Below are positions 55,431 through 64,000 of a stretch of 64,000 nt of DNA, one piece after another. A model generated the notes under the pieces. The model ran no database searches, had not been told where the DNA came from, and saw nothing but the letters and a program-made list of their open reading frames with translations. The stretch is from contig OY970218.1 of assembly GCA_963713975.1 (NCBI GenBank), positions 1,248,001 to 1,312,000 of the forward strand, in the 5' to 3' direction. Numbering within the stretch: the first letter of the stretch is position 1; every line of letters begins with the position of its first letter. The translations under genes and the position numbers were made by a program. The DNA is from an uncultured Chloroflexia bacterium (GTDB lineage: Bacteria > Chloroflexota > Limnocylindria > Limnocylindrales > CSP1-4).

Positions 55431-56943
55431 GCTCCCTTCCTCCCTGGATGACCTCCGCGGTCTTCGGGCCGCCCGATGGGTGCGCGAGTCGACAGAGGGT
55501 CAGTACGACCGCTACGGGCCGGAATCGCAGCACGAGCAGATGGATCGGTTCGTCGAGCGCTACGGCCTCGTGGACACGAAGATCGCGTACTCGGTCGCGC
55601 AGAGCGGTCGCACCGTCTGGCGTTCCAGCACCATGGCGGACATGCTGGCCGCGGCAACGGCCGGGTCGTTCGACGTCCTCCTGACCGGCTACTTCGATCG
55701 GTGGCAGCGCAACCTGCGACGCACCCTCGAGCTCGTCGAGGACCGCCTCCATCCGTCTGGTGTTGCCTGGGTCATGTGCGATCGACGGCTGATGAGCTCG
55801 GATCCACGAGACTGGGACCAGATGGTGACCGAGGCGCACGAAGCCGAGCGGTACAGCCGGCGCCTCGGGGAGCGGATCACGGACGGGTACGCCGCGAAGT
55901 TCCGGCGTCTCGCCGATCCGGGCGGCCGCGCCCCCCTCGGATTTGTGCGGGTCCCCCCGGCATTCGTGCTGGCCATCGACCCGGACGCCATTGATGCGGC
56001 CGTGCGGATCTTCGAGCGGTATGCAGTCGGCACCCTATCGATCGAGGAGGTTTCCAGCGAGTTTGGCCTGAACGATCGGCGCGTCACCGAGATGCTGAAG
56101 AACCCGATCTACAACGGCTGGGTCGGGCGAAAGGGCGAGCGGACGCCAGCGCCTTGGCGAGCCACGCCACCGGTGTCGGACGAGTTGTGGGAGCGGGTCG
56201 CGACGCTGCGAGCCAGCCGGGCTCGTCACGGCGGCAGTCGTCCCCCGGTCCGGATCGACCTGCTGCGCGGTCTCCTCTACTGCGTCTGCGGTCAGCGGAT
56301 CCGCACCGACGGGACGATGGGGACTCCACCCCGGCAGCGGAAGCTCCATCCCAGGCACGATCAGTGCCCAGAGTGGGGTCCGAAGGCGAGCCACTCGTCC
56401 GGCGTCTATGAGCCGTGGGTCATCGGCCAGGTGACCGGGATCCGGGTCGACGAGTCGACTCTCGAACGAATCGTCCGGGTCCTGTCGACGCCGCAGACGC
56501 GACCCATCGACGTCAACCGGGCCCGTCTCGAACGGATGAAGCGCGACCTCGCGCTTGACCATGCCGCAGGCCGACTCGACGACAAGACCTACCTGGCGCA
56601 GATCGCCGTGCTGCGCGATGAAGCAACGGCGATCGACTCCGGCAAGCGTCAGGGCACGGGCATCGCGCCGGACCAGGTGGTCGCCAGGTTGCGGGCGCTA
56701 CCCGGGACCTGGGCCAGGGCGACTCCGGAGGGCAGGGCCGAGCTGCTGCACTCGATCTATGAACGGATCGTCGTTCGCGGCACGGAGTTCGTCGGCGCTC
56801 GACTCACGCCCGAGGCGTACTCGCTGGGCCTCGCGCTCGCGCTGCCCGAGCGCGTTCAGCCGGCGCAGGAGTGGGTACTGGCGCGCCCGACAGGATTCGA
56901 ACCTGCGACCTTCGGCTCCGGAGGCCGACGCTCTATCCACTGA
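55408..56943 (+). CDS. Large serine recombinase (integrase)
   Basis: RWVRESTEGQ (catalytic Ser), SG, DRWQRN, MLKNPIYNG, LLRGLLYCVCG zinc-ribbon start; adjacent to a tRNA. Confidence 0.93.
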   Translation: MRLTRPRRLPSSLDDLRGLRAARWVRESTEGQYDRYGPESQHEQMDRFVERYGLVDTKIAYSVAQSGRTVWRSSTMADMLAAATAGSFDVLLTGYFDRWQRNLRRTLELVEDRLHPSGVAWVMCDRRLMSSDPRDWDQMVTEAHEAERYSRRLGERITDGYAAKFRRLADPGGRAPLGFVRVPPAFVLAIDPDAIDAAVRIFERYAVGTLSIEEVSSEFGLNDRRVTEMLKNPIYNGWVGRKGERTPAPWRATPPVSDELWERVATLRASRARHGGSRPPVRIDLLRGLLYCVCGQRIRTDGTMGTPPRQRKLHPRHDQCPEWGPKASHSSGVYEPWVIGQVTGIRVDESTLERIVRVLSTPQTRPIDVNRARLERMKRDLALDHAAGRLDDKTYLAQIAVLRDEATAIDSGKRQGTGIAPDQVVARLRALPGTWARATPEGRAELLHSIYERIVVRGTEFVGARLTPEAYSLGLALALPERVQPAQEWVLARPTGFEPATFGSGGRRSIH

Positions 56944-56954
56944 GCTACAGGCGC
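56879..56954 (-). tRNA. tRNA-Arg (anticodon CCG)
   Basis: Full cloverleaf: GCGCCTG acceptor stem, TCGGC-CTCCGGA-GCCGA anticodon arm, GGTTCGAATCC, encoded CCA. Confidence 0.97.
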
Positions 56955-57051
56955 GCGTGGCGACGATGATAGCGGTCGGGCGTCGACAGGGCTTCGGCTC
57001 TTGGTTCGAGGGTCGATCCGCCAGGTATCGCCAGCACGGCCTGTCTGGCCA

Positions 57052-57162
57052 CAGCACGCCGCCCTGGCGATCGCGGAGGGATCGACGTGGGTCACCCGTG
57101 ACGCCGACTTCGCCCGATTCGAGGAGCATGGCCTCCGCTGGCAGAACCTGGCACTCGAATAG
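57052..57162 (+). pseudogene. C-terminal remnant of a VapC PIN toxin
   Basis: Frame reads QHAALAIAEGSTWVTRDADFARFEEHGLRWQNL, typical of a PIN C-terminus. Confidence 0.65.
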
Positions 57163-57247
57163 ATCGGCCCGATCGGCGCTGCGCCGAACCGGGAGCGAAC
57201 AACCCGCCCCGGTTGACCATGCGACACACATGCGACATGCTTCGCAC

Positions 57248-57484
57248 ATGTCGATGATCCAGGTACGGAACGTACCCGAGCGCCTGCACCGAGAGTTGGC
57301 AAAGCGAGCCAGGCGACGGGGCGTGACGCTGACGAGGTACATCCAGGACATCCTTGAGCGGGAGGTGGCGAGGCCGCCGGCTGACGAGGTGTTCGATCGC
57401 ATCGAGGCGAGCGGCCGCGTCACGCTGGGTCGACCGGCCGCCGATCTCGTCCGTGAGGAGCGCGCCGGCAGGGAGAGTCCCTGA
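57248..57484 (+). CDS. FitA-like ribbon-helix-helix antitoxin
   Basis: MSMIQVRNVPERLHRELAKRA; promoter TTGACC-N17-CATGCT-N6-ATG with CATGCGACA repeats. Confidence 0.87.
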   Translation: MSMIQVRNVPERLHRELAKRARRRGVTLTRYIQDILEREVARPPADEVFDRIEASGRVTLGRPAADLVREERAGRESP

Positions 57485-57489
57485 GGACC

Positions 57490-57882
57490 GTGGTCGCCGA
57501 TGCGTCGGCGCTGCTCGAGTACCTGCTGCAGACCGATCGATCGGCCCCCATCCGCGATGTCCTACGGCAGGCCGACCTGGATCTCAGGGTGCCCGCGTTG
57601 TGCGACATCGAGGTGACGGCAGGTCTCCGGCGGGCATTGCTCGGCGACCTCCTTCCGCACGAACGAGCCGCCCGGGCTCTCGAGCACTACCTGCTCATGC
57701 CGATCACCAGGCATGGTCACCAGGCGCTGCTGTCGCGCGTGCTGGCCCTTCGCTCGAACTTCAGCGCCTATGACGCCTGCTACGTCGCGCTCGCCGAGGC
57801 CCTGGGCGCCGATCTTCTGACGGCAGACGAGCGGCTATCCCGGGCGGTCCGAACCCACACCGCCGTCAACGTGCTGCCCTGA
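57490..57882 (+). CDS. VapC PIN-domain toxin
   Basis: VADASAL, DIEV, SAYDACYVALAE, LLTADERL. Confidence 0.92.
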   Translation: MVADASALLEYLLQTDRSAPIRDVLRQADLDLRVPALCDIEVTAGLRRALLGDLLPHERAARALEHYLLMPITRHGHQALLSRVLALRSNFSAYDACYVALAEALGADLLTADERLSRAVRTHTAVNVLP

Positions 57883-58001
57883 CGGACGGTCGCCAGGCTT
57901 CGTAGCGCTGCGTCAACGTGGCGCTGGAGCCGATCGAGCAAACCATCGACAATCCGACGATACCTCTGGATTCTGCCACTCAGAAGCCATATTGTCTGGG
58001 T

Positions 58002-58436
58002 ATGAAGGATTCGGAGACGCCGCGGGATGCACTCCTCCGGGTGGGTCAGGCGGCCGAGATGCTGCAGGTCTCGGTGGACACGCTCCGCCGTTGGGAGGCC
58101 GAGGGCCGCCTGCGCACGGAGCGGTCGGCCGGTGGCCAGCGGATGGTGCCCGTGGCCGAGGTGACGCGGCTCTTTGCGGAACGGCGCGCCAGCGCTCCCG
58201 ATCGGCCGACGGTTGGCGGCTCCGCCCGCAACCGGCTGCCCGGGATCGTCACCCGGATCGAGAAGGACCGGGTCGCCGCCGTCGTCGAGGTCATGGCCGG
58301 GCCGCACCGCATCGTGAGCCTGATGACCGCAGAGGCCGTCGATGACATGGGCATCCGGGTCGGGGACGAGGCGGTCTGCGTCGTGAAGGCCACCAACGTG
58401 ATCGTGGAGATCCCCGCGCGCAGGGAAGCACGCTGA
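58002..58436 (+). CDS. MerR-like HTH-TOBE molybdenum-responsive regulator
   Basis: AAEMLQVSVDTLRRW, SARNRLPG, VVKATNV; leaderless TATTGT-N6-ATG. Confidence 0.9.
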   Translation: MKDSETPRDALLRVGQAAEMLQVSVDTLRRWEAEGRLRTERSAGGQRMVPVAEVTRLFAERRASAPDRPTVGGSARNRLPGIVTRIEKDRVAAVVEVMAGPHRIVSLMTAEAVDDMGIRVGDEAVCVVKATNVIVEIPARREAR

Positions 58437-58438
58437 CC

Positions 58439-59248
58439 ATGCGCCGACTGTCTCCAGCGCTGCCGATCGTGGCCGCCCTGACCACGGCCGCCCTGCTGGC
58501 GGGCTGCGGAGGGTCCGCTGCGACGCCCAATGCGGACCCGGTCGAGCTGGTGGTGTTCGGGGCGGCATCGCTCAAGGGCGTCCTTGACCAGGCGAAGACG
58601 ACCTACGAGACGGCGCACCCAGACGTCGCCCTCACCATCTCCACGGACTCGTCCGCCGCGCTCGCGACGCAGATCGAGCAGGGTGCGCCCGCGGACGTGT
58701 TCCTGTCCGCGGACGCGAACAACCCGCAGCGGCTGGTGGACGGCGGGTTCGTCGCGGGAGGCCCCGTCGCCTTTGCCGCCAACGAGCTCGCGGTGATCGT
58801 GCCGGCCGACAACCCGGCCGGGCTGGTGTCGCCCGCAGACCTCGCGCGCTCCGGGATCAAGGTCATCGCCGCGGGCGACGCGGTGCCGATCACCCGCTAT
58901 GCCACCCAGTTGGTCGCCAACCTCGCGAGCCAGCCCGGCTACCCGGCGGGCTTCGAGGCCGCCTATGCCGCGAACGTGGTGTCGCGCGAGGACAACGTGA
59001 AGGCGGTCGTCGCCAAGATCGAGCTGGGTGAGGGCGACGCCGGGATCGTGTACGCGACCGACGTGGGTGGGTCGGGGGACGTCGAGTCGTTGGCCGTGCC
59101 CGCCGGTGCCAACGTCGCTGCAACGTACGCCGGCGCCGTGATCGCCGCGTCCCCTCATCGCGAGGCGGCAACGGCGTTCCTCGACTGGCTTGCCGGGCCT
59201 GATGGCGAGGCCATCCTGCGGGCTGCCGGCTTCCAGCCCGCGCCATGA
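58439..59248 (+). CDS. modA: Molybdate ABC transporter substrate-binding protein
   Basis: Lipobox LAGC, AASL, QIEQGAPADVFLSA, DAGIVYATD. Confidence 0.95.
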   Translation: MRRLSPALPIVAALTTAALLAGCGGSAATPNADPVELVVFGAASLKGVLDQAKTTYETAHPDVALTISTDSSAALATQIEQGAPADVFLSADANNPQRLVDGGFVAGGPVAFAANELAVIVPADNPAGLVSPADLARSGIKVIAAGDAVPITRYATQLVANLASQPGYPAGFEAAYAANVVSREDNVKAVVAKIELGEGDAGIVYATDVGGSGDVESLAVPAGANVAATYAGAVIAASPHREAATAFLDWLAGPDGEAILRAAGFQPAP

Positions 59249-60105
59249 CCGCTGTCGCGTCCTCCCGGCCCGCGGCCGCCGGCACCGGGGGCTGGGGAGA
59301 CCGCGCGCTCCTGACCCTGGCCGGCCTGTTCGTGCTGTTCCTGGGCCTGCCGGTGCTGGCGATCCTCGCGCGGGCGCTCCTGGGCGGGCTGCTGCGGGAC
59401 GTCGCCGGCTCCGAGACCGTGCTGGTCGCACTTGCCCTGAGTCTGGTCTCGACATCGATCAGCCTGGTGATCACGGTCGTGTTCGGTCTGCCACTGGCCA
59501 TCGTGCTCGCCCGCCGCACCTTCCGGGGCAAGTGGCTGGTGGAGGCGGTGACCGACCTGCCGATCGTGCTGCCGCCCGCCGTGGCCGGCCTGGCGCTGCT
59601 CCTGGTGTTCGGGCGACGCGGGCTGCTCGGCGGCCCGCTGGAGACCGCCGGCCTGGACGTCGCGTTCACGACCCTGGCGGTGATCCTGGCCCAGGTCTTC
59701 GTCTCGGCCCCGTTCTTCGTCCGCTCGGCACGGGCCGGGATCGCGGCCGTGGACCGCGACCTCGAGGACGCCGCCCGGGTGGACGGGGCCTCGGAGCGCC
59801 AGCTGTTCCGGAGCGTCACGGTGCCGCTCGCGGGGAGCGCGCTCGCGGCCGGTCTCGTCATGAGCTGGGCACGCTCTCTCGGCGAGTTCGGCGCCACGAT
59901 CATGTTCGCGGGGAACGTGCAGGGCAACACGCAGACGCTGCCGCTCGTCGTCTACGGGGAGTTCCAGGGTGGGGACCTGGACGCGTCCATCGCCGCGGCG
60001 GCAATCCTCGTCATGGCGGCGCTCGGGGTGCTGGTCGCGGTCCGCGTCCTGCACTGGGGCCGTGGGCTGGATGCGCGAGGGCTGGACGCGCGCGGCCTGG
60101 GCTGA
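59245..60105 (+). CDS. modB: Molybdate ABC transporter permease
   Basis: DLPIVLPPAVAG, ARSLGEFGATIMFAGN, TQTLPL. Confidence 0.95.
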   Translation: MTAVASSRPAAAGTGGWGDRALLTLAGLFVLFLGLPVLAILARALLGGLLRDVAGSETVLVALALSLVSTSISLVITVVFGLPLAIVLARRTFRGKWLVEAVTDLPIVLPPAVAGLALLLVFGRRGLLGGPLETAGLDVAFTTLAVILAQVFVSAPFFVRSARAGIAAVDRDLEDAARVDGASERQLFRSVTVPLAGSALAAGLVMSWARSLGEFGATIMFAGNVQGNTQTLPLVVYGEFQGGDLDASIAAAAILVMAALGVLVAVRVLHWGRGLDARGLDARGLG

Positions 60106-60426
60106 CCTCGAGGACCCGGGCTTAACGTTCGAGACGGCTCCCGGAGGAGCCGCCTCGATGCTGTCCCGGTGAAGGTGCCCACCCTTGCGGGGGGCACTTC
60201 TGCCATCGCCTCAGGATCATCTATCGCGTCGGCTGAACCGACTACCCTAACCCAACCTACCCATGATCCTGATGCTGGGGCAGCCCTGGCTGACTGGCAG
60301 CATCGATATCCTAGCGAGAAGGTGTGGATTAGGGAAGGGGTTTTTCCAGTCCTTGGGTGAAAATCTCTTAACAGTTCCCGATTTCGGCTAACGGTCGCCG
60401 TTGTCGGCGGGCCGGGGGACGGTGCC

Positions 60427-60915
60427 TTACGCCTCGTCGACGATGGTGACGCTGGTCATCGCGACCGGGGCGTCCGGCAGGTCGCGCGAGTTGCGCGCCG
60501 CGCCGGCAATGGCATCCACCACGTCGAGCCCCTTGGTCACGATGCCGAAGATCGTGTAGTTCTTGGGCAGGGCGTAGTCGGCGTGCATGATGAAGAACTG
60601 CGAGCCGTTGGTGTTGGGACCCGCGTTGGCCATCGCGAGCGTGCCCCGCGAGTAGCTGCCGGTGAAGGGCTCGTCGTCGAACTTGTAGCCGGGACCGCCG
60701 GTGCCGACGCGCCCGCCGTTGAGCGACGACTTCTTGCCGAACTGCCCGTCGCCGCCCTGGATCATGAAGCCCGGGATGACGCGGTGGAAGATGACGTCGT
60801 CGTAGAAGCCCTCCTTGGCGAGCTTCACAAAGTTGGCGGCGGCCTTGGGCGCGCCCTGGGTGAACAGGTCGGCCTCGATGGTGCCGGCTTCGGTGACGAT
60901 GATGGCGCGGGTCAT
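60427..60915 (-). CDS. Cyclophilin-type peptidyl-prolyl isomerase
   Basis: FHRVIPGFMIQGGD, LAMANAGPNTNGSQFFI. Confidence 0.96.
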   Translation of the reverse strand: MTRAIIVTEAGTIEADLFTQGAPKAAANFVKLAKEGFYDDVIFHRVIPGFMIQGGDGQFGKKSSLNGGRVGTGGPGYKFDDEPFTGSYSRGTLAMANAGPNTNGSQFFIMHADYALPKNYTIFGIVTKGLDVVDAIAGAARNSRDLPDAPVAMTSVTIVDEA

Positions 60916-60947
60916 GGGCAGTCTCCTCGTGCGGGGTCCGGGACAGG

Positions 60948-61673
60948 TTACGGGGTGGTGACGGTGACGCTGGTCATGGGCAGCGGGTCCAGGGCGGCGT
61001 TGTTGGGCTCCCCCGAGTTGGGCATCGCGACGATCGCGTCCACGACGTCCATGCCTGCGGTGACCTCGCCGATGATCTGGTAGGTGTTGGCCTTCGCGAG
61101 CGCAGCCTGCGCCGCGTCGTCCGTGACGATGAAGAACTGCGAGCCGACCGAGTCCGGGTCCGTCGTGCGGGCCATCGCGACGGTTCCCCGGTGGTACGTG
61201 GTCGTGACCGGCTCGTCCTTGATGGTGTAGGACGGACCGCCGCTGCCGACGAGCTCCGGGATCACGTCGGGGCTGCGGCCGAACTGCCCGTCACCGCCCT
61301 GGATGACGAAGCCCGGGACCAGGCGGTGGAAGACCACGTTGTCGTAGTATCCGCACTCGGCGAGCGTGACGAAGTTGCCGGCCGCGATCGGGGACAGGTC
61401 CGCCGAGATCTGGATGGCGATGTCTCCCTTGTCCGTACCCAGCGTGACCGTGCGGGTCTCGCCGGCGCCCAAGGCCGCGGGCTGCGCCGTGGGGCAGTCG
61501 GGCGGGTAGGTGGGACCGGGATGGGCCGGATCCGTTGGCACGACGGACGGCGCGATGGTCGGGGGTGGAACGGTCGGCAGGTCCTGTGCGCCACCGCTGC
61601 TGCACGCGGCCAGCAGGATCGGCACGGACAGGATGGCGCCGGCCAGGAGCCGGTTGATGGGTCGCTTGGTCAT
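60948..61673 (-). CDS. Cyclophilin-type peptidyl-prolyl isomerase, lipoprotein
   Basis: Lipobox LAAC, FHRLVPGFVIQGGD, VAMART, GSQFFI. Confidence 0.94.
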   Translation of the reverse strand: MTKRPINRLLAGAILSVPILLAACSSGGAQDLPTVPPPTIAPSVVPTDPAHPGPTYPPDCPTAQPAALGAGETRTVTLGTDKGDIAIQISADLSPIAAGNFVTLAECGYYDNVVFHRLVPGFVIQGGDGQFGRSPDVIPELVGSGGPSYTIKDEPVTTTYHRGTVAMARTTDPDSVGSQFFIVTDDAAQAALAKANTYQIIGEVTAGMDVVDAIVAMPNSGEPNNAALDPLPMTSVTVTTP

Positions 61674-62371
61674 GCGGCTGTCTCCAGGGCGCGTGGGAAG
61701 TCCAGGGTCCCGGAGAGGAGCGCCTCCCCGAGGATGAGGCCGGCCACCCCGGCGTCGCGCAGGCGTCGGATGGCATCGATGTCCGAGACGCCGCCCGCGA
61801 CCAGCAGGTCGACATCGTGGCGGCGCCCGAGGGCGGTCAGGAACGTGGTGTCCGGCGACGCACCGCCGTGGCTCAGCACGAGGCGGCGGACGCCCGCGGC
61901 GACCAGCTCCTCCACCAGCGTATCGAGGGTCGGCGGTTTCGTGCGTTGCCAGGGAAAGGCGGCCAGGCGTTCCGGGCGCGGGTCCAGGCCGACCGCGAGC
62001 CAGTCGCCGGCCACCGCGAGACAGTCGCGCAGGGCTTCCCGCCGTTCGGCGATCGCGAGCGACAGCACCACGCGCGTGGCCCCGGCCGCGAAGGCGAGGC
62101 GTACGTGATCGGCCTCCTCCAGGCCGCCCGCGAGCTGGAGCGGGACCCCGACCCTCGCGGCGACCGCGCCCACCGCCTCGAGATTGACGGGCCGTGCCTG
62201 CTGGGCTCCCTCGACGTCCACGAGGTGGATGATCCGCGCCCCCTGGGCCACGAACTGCTCCGCGATCCGCTCCGGGCGGTCGGTTGGCGTGCCGGTACCC
62301 GCCGCGGCCCCGGGCCAGTACACGACCCTCGACCGGCCCCCGCGGACATCGATGGCCGGGATGATGTCCAC
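61670..62371 (-). CDS. HisA/HisF-fold TIM-barrel protein (divergent HisA-like)
   Basis: IIPAID, IHLVD, QLAGGL, VAGGV, GEAL. Confidence 0.8.
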   Translation of the reverse strand: MDIIPAIDVRGGRSRVVYWPGAAAGTGTPTDRPERIAEQFVAQGARIIHLVDVEGAQQARPVNLEAVGAVAARVGVPLQLAGGLEEADHVRLAFAAGATRVVLSLAIAERREALRDCLAVAGDWLAVGLDPRPERLAAFPWQRTKPPTLDTLVEELVAAGVRRLVLSHGGASPDTTFLTALGRRHDVDLLVAGGVSDIDAIRRLRDAGVAGLILGEALLSGTLDFPRALETAA

Positions 62372-62377
62372 GCCGCC

Positions 62378-64000
62378 TCAGCCCTCGCCCAGGAACACGC
62401 GGCGGTGGAAGCTGATCGGCAGCGAGCCGTTGCGCAGCAGCGTGTCGTGGAAGGCTTTGAGCGAGAACCCGGAGCCGCGGCGGCGCCTCTCGTCCTCGCG
62501 CAGGCCAAGGATCAGGACCTTGCCCAGCAGGTAGCTCAGCTGGTAGCCAGGGGTGTAGGTGTAGCGGCGGACCTCGGCGCGGGCATTGGCCGTCTCGAAG
62601 GAGGTGTGCTCCACGAGGAAGTCCGTCGCCTCGTCGGGCGTCAGCTCGCCACGGTGCATCCGCACGTCGAGGATGATCCGGCAGGCCCGCCAGACGGCGT
62701 CGGTGTACATGGCCGTGCGGAACGACGGGCCGGCGTCGAAGCCCTCCTCGCGCATCATCTGCTCCGAGTACATGCCCCAGCCCTCGACGAACTCGGGGGC
62801 CTCGGCGAGCATCCGGGTCAGGCTGGGGTGCTTGGACGCGACCGCCAGCTGGAGGTGGTGGCCCGGGTACGCCTCGTGGATGCTGGTGTTGGAGATCGAG
62901 GCGTAGTAGTGCTCCAGCATCGCGTTGGGGTCGTCGTCCACGGCCGGCGTGACCACGTAGATTCCCCGCTGGTCGGCATCGAAGCGCGCCGGCGAGAAGT
63001 AGGCCGCGAACGGCATCACGCTGCGCAGGTACTCCGGCGTGGCGATGACCTCGATGACCTCGTCGTCCGGGATGGACACCAGGTCGTGCTCGAGCAGGTA
63101 GGCGCGGGCCCGGCGCATCGCGTCCTTGTAGCCGGTGAGCGCCTCGTCGAAGGTGGCCGGGTGATCCGCCTTGAGGCGCTCGATGACCGACGGCAGGTCG
63201 GCGTCCGGGTCGAGCTCGCGCGCGGCGGCCCGGCGGCCCTCGGTGTTCGTGCGCAACTGGTCCCAGCCGATCTCGAGGATCGCGTCGGCGTCCAGGTCGC
63301 CGAAGCCACGGAGGCGGACGAGCTCGTCGTACTGCTCGCGGCCCAGCGGCCAGTCGTCAGTCGCCGTGGCAAGCGTCGTGTCCAGCCACGCCACGTGGGA
63401 CTCGAGGGCACGGTCGGCGCCCACGATCGCACGGTCCAGGCGGGCGAGCTCGCCCAGCGGCAGCACGGGCTCCGCCGCCACGCGGACCTCGGCGAACAGG
63501 CCCGGGAGGTCCGTCGCGTAGCGGCGCTCCACGCCCTGCCACAGCGCCACCTGCGGGCCCGCCGCGCGACTGCGTGCCTCGGCCAGGTAGGCGGGCGCGG
63601 CCTCGAGCCGGTCGGCGATGCGTGCCAGGCGCTCGCCGAGCGGCGCCGCGCCGCGGGCGAACAGCGCGAAGACCGCGTCGCCGATGTCGCTGGCTGCCTG
63701 CGACCGGCGCTCCCAGCGGCGGACGTCGTCCGCCTCGAACAGCGAGAGTCGGAGGTTGTGGAGCTCCAGGTCCCGCTCGAAGCGCGCCGCCGGTGACAGG
63801 CCGGATGGATCGAGCGCCTCGACGGCGGCCAGGTGCGCCCTGTCGGCGGAGATCTCCCCGAGGACGGCGTCGCGCCCGGCGTCGCCCAGGCGATGGTCCT
63901 CGCTGTGGATCCCGAAGTAGGTCGCGGCGATCGGGTTGTCGGTGAACAGGCGGCGGACGCGGCTCTCGACCAGGTCGTAGAACCCGGTGTCGAGGGGCCC
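62378..64000 (-). CDS. DUF885 family protein (5' end outside window)
   Basis: HEAYPGHHLQ, FVEGWGMYSE, RACRIILD, PGYQLSY; frame open to the window edge. Confidence 0.92.
   Translation of the reverse strand, partial: GPLDTGFYDLVESRVRRLFTDNPIAATYFGIHSEDHRLGDAGRDAVLGEISADRAHLAAVEALDPSGLSPAARFERDLELHNLRLSLFEADDVRRWERRSQAASDIGDAVFALFARGAAPLGERLARIADRLEAAPAYLAEARSRAAGPQVALWQGVERRYATDLPGLFAEVRVAAEPVLPLGELARLDRAIVGADRALESHVAWLDTTLATATDDWPLGREQYDELVRLRGFGDLDADAILEIGWDQLRTNTEGRRAAARELDPDADLPSVIERLKADHPATFDEALTGYKDAMRRARAYLLEHDLVSIPDDEVIEVIATPEYLRSVMPFAAYFSPARFDADQRGIYVVTPAVDDDPNAMLEHYYASISNTSIHEAYPGHHLQLAVASKHPSLTRMLAEAPEFVEGWGMYSEQMMREEGFDAGPSFRTAMYTDAVWRACRIILDVRMHRGELTPDEATDFLVEHTSFETANARAEVRRYTYTPGYQLSYLLGKVLILGLREDERRRRGSGFSLKAFHDTLLRNGSLPISFHRRVFLGEG

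Larger units (their letters stand above)
1..56880. mobile_element. Putative ICE/genomic island integrated at tRNA-Arg(CCG); left boundary not seen
   Basis: Serine recombinase at the tRNA 3' end, VirB4/VirD4/relaxase module, shared promoter motif, cargo blocks, IS and TA modules. Inclusion of 1-7200 is uncertain. Confidence 0.7.

Noticed and set aside
1-56878. Second att copy (tRNA-Arg 3' fragment) marking the left end of the element
   Set aside because: Not found by eye; it is probably left of the window or the core is too short to see.
1-64000. Many long overlapping ORFs, e.g. 10648-13332 (-), 23221-25182 (+), 61817-63796 (+), 32709-33935 (-)
   Set aside because: Antisense or off-frame shadows of well-supported genes in GC-rich DNA; no family motifs.

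Overview
GC-rich bacterial DNA, about 70% GC by eye. The gene style and frequent leaderless promoters suggest Chloroflexota or Actinomycetota (inference). Positions 1 to ~56880 look like the right part of a large integrative conjugative element (ICE) inserted at tRNA-Arg(CCG) (56879-56954, minus strand). A large serine recombinase ORF reads into that tRNA; the left end is not visible. Backbone: a four-gene transfer module (VirB4-like ATPase, transglycosylase-M23, VirD4-like coupling protein, Replic_Relax protein), a five-gene ubiquitin-like conjugation operon (Ubl, E2, 87-aa unknown, JAB, E1) behind a ~620-nt highly structured leader, and an ATPase-wHTH/recombinase operon. All three backbone promoters carry GTACAC 7-8 nt upstream of the -35 box, suggesting the ubiquitin-like system is co-regulated with transfer and excision. 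This is the best candidate for an undescribed system. Cargo: a copper/thiol-redox cluster with ArsR and BlaI-type operators, possible defence genes, an IS21 element with a 5-bp target duplication, a corrinoid methyltransferase pair, VapBC modules, and a 20-kb sugar catabolic cluster with a YihV-YihT-like kinase-aldolase fusion and an archaeal-type GAPDH/PGK pair. Beyond the tRNA lie vapBC, modAB, two cyclophilins, a divergent HisA-like gene and a partial DUF885 gene. All family calls come from motif recognition by eye; no database searches were run.
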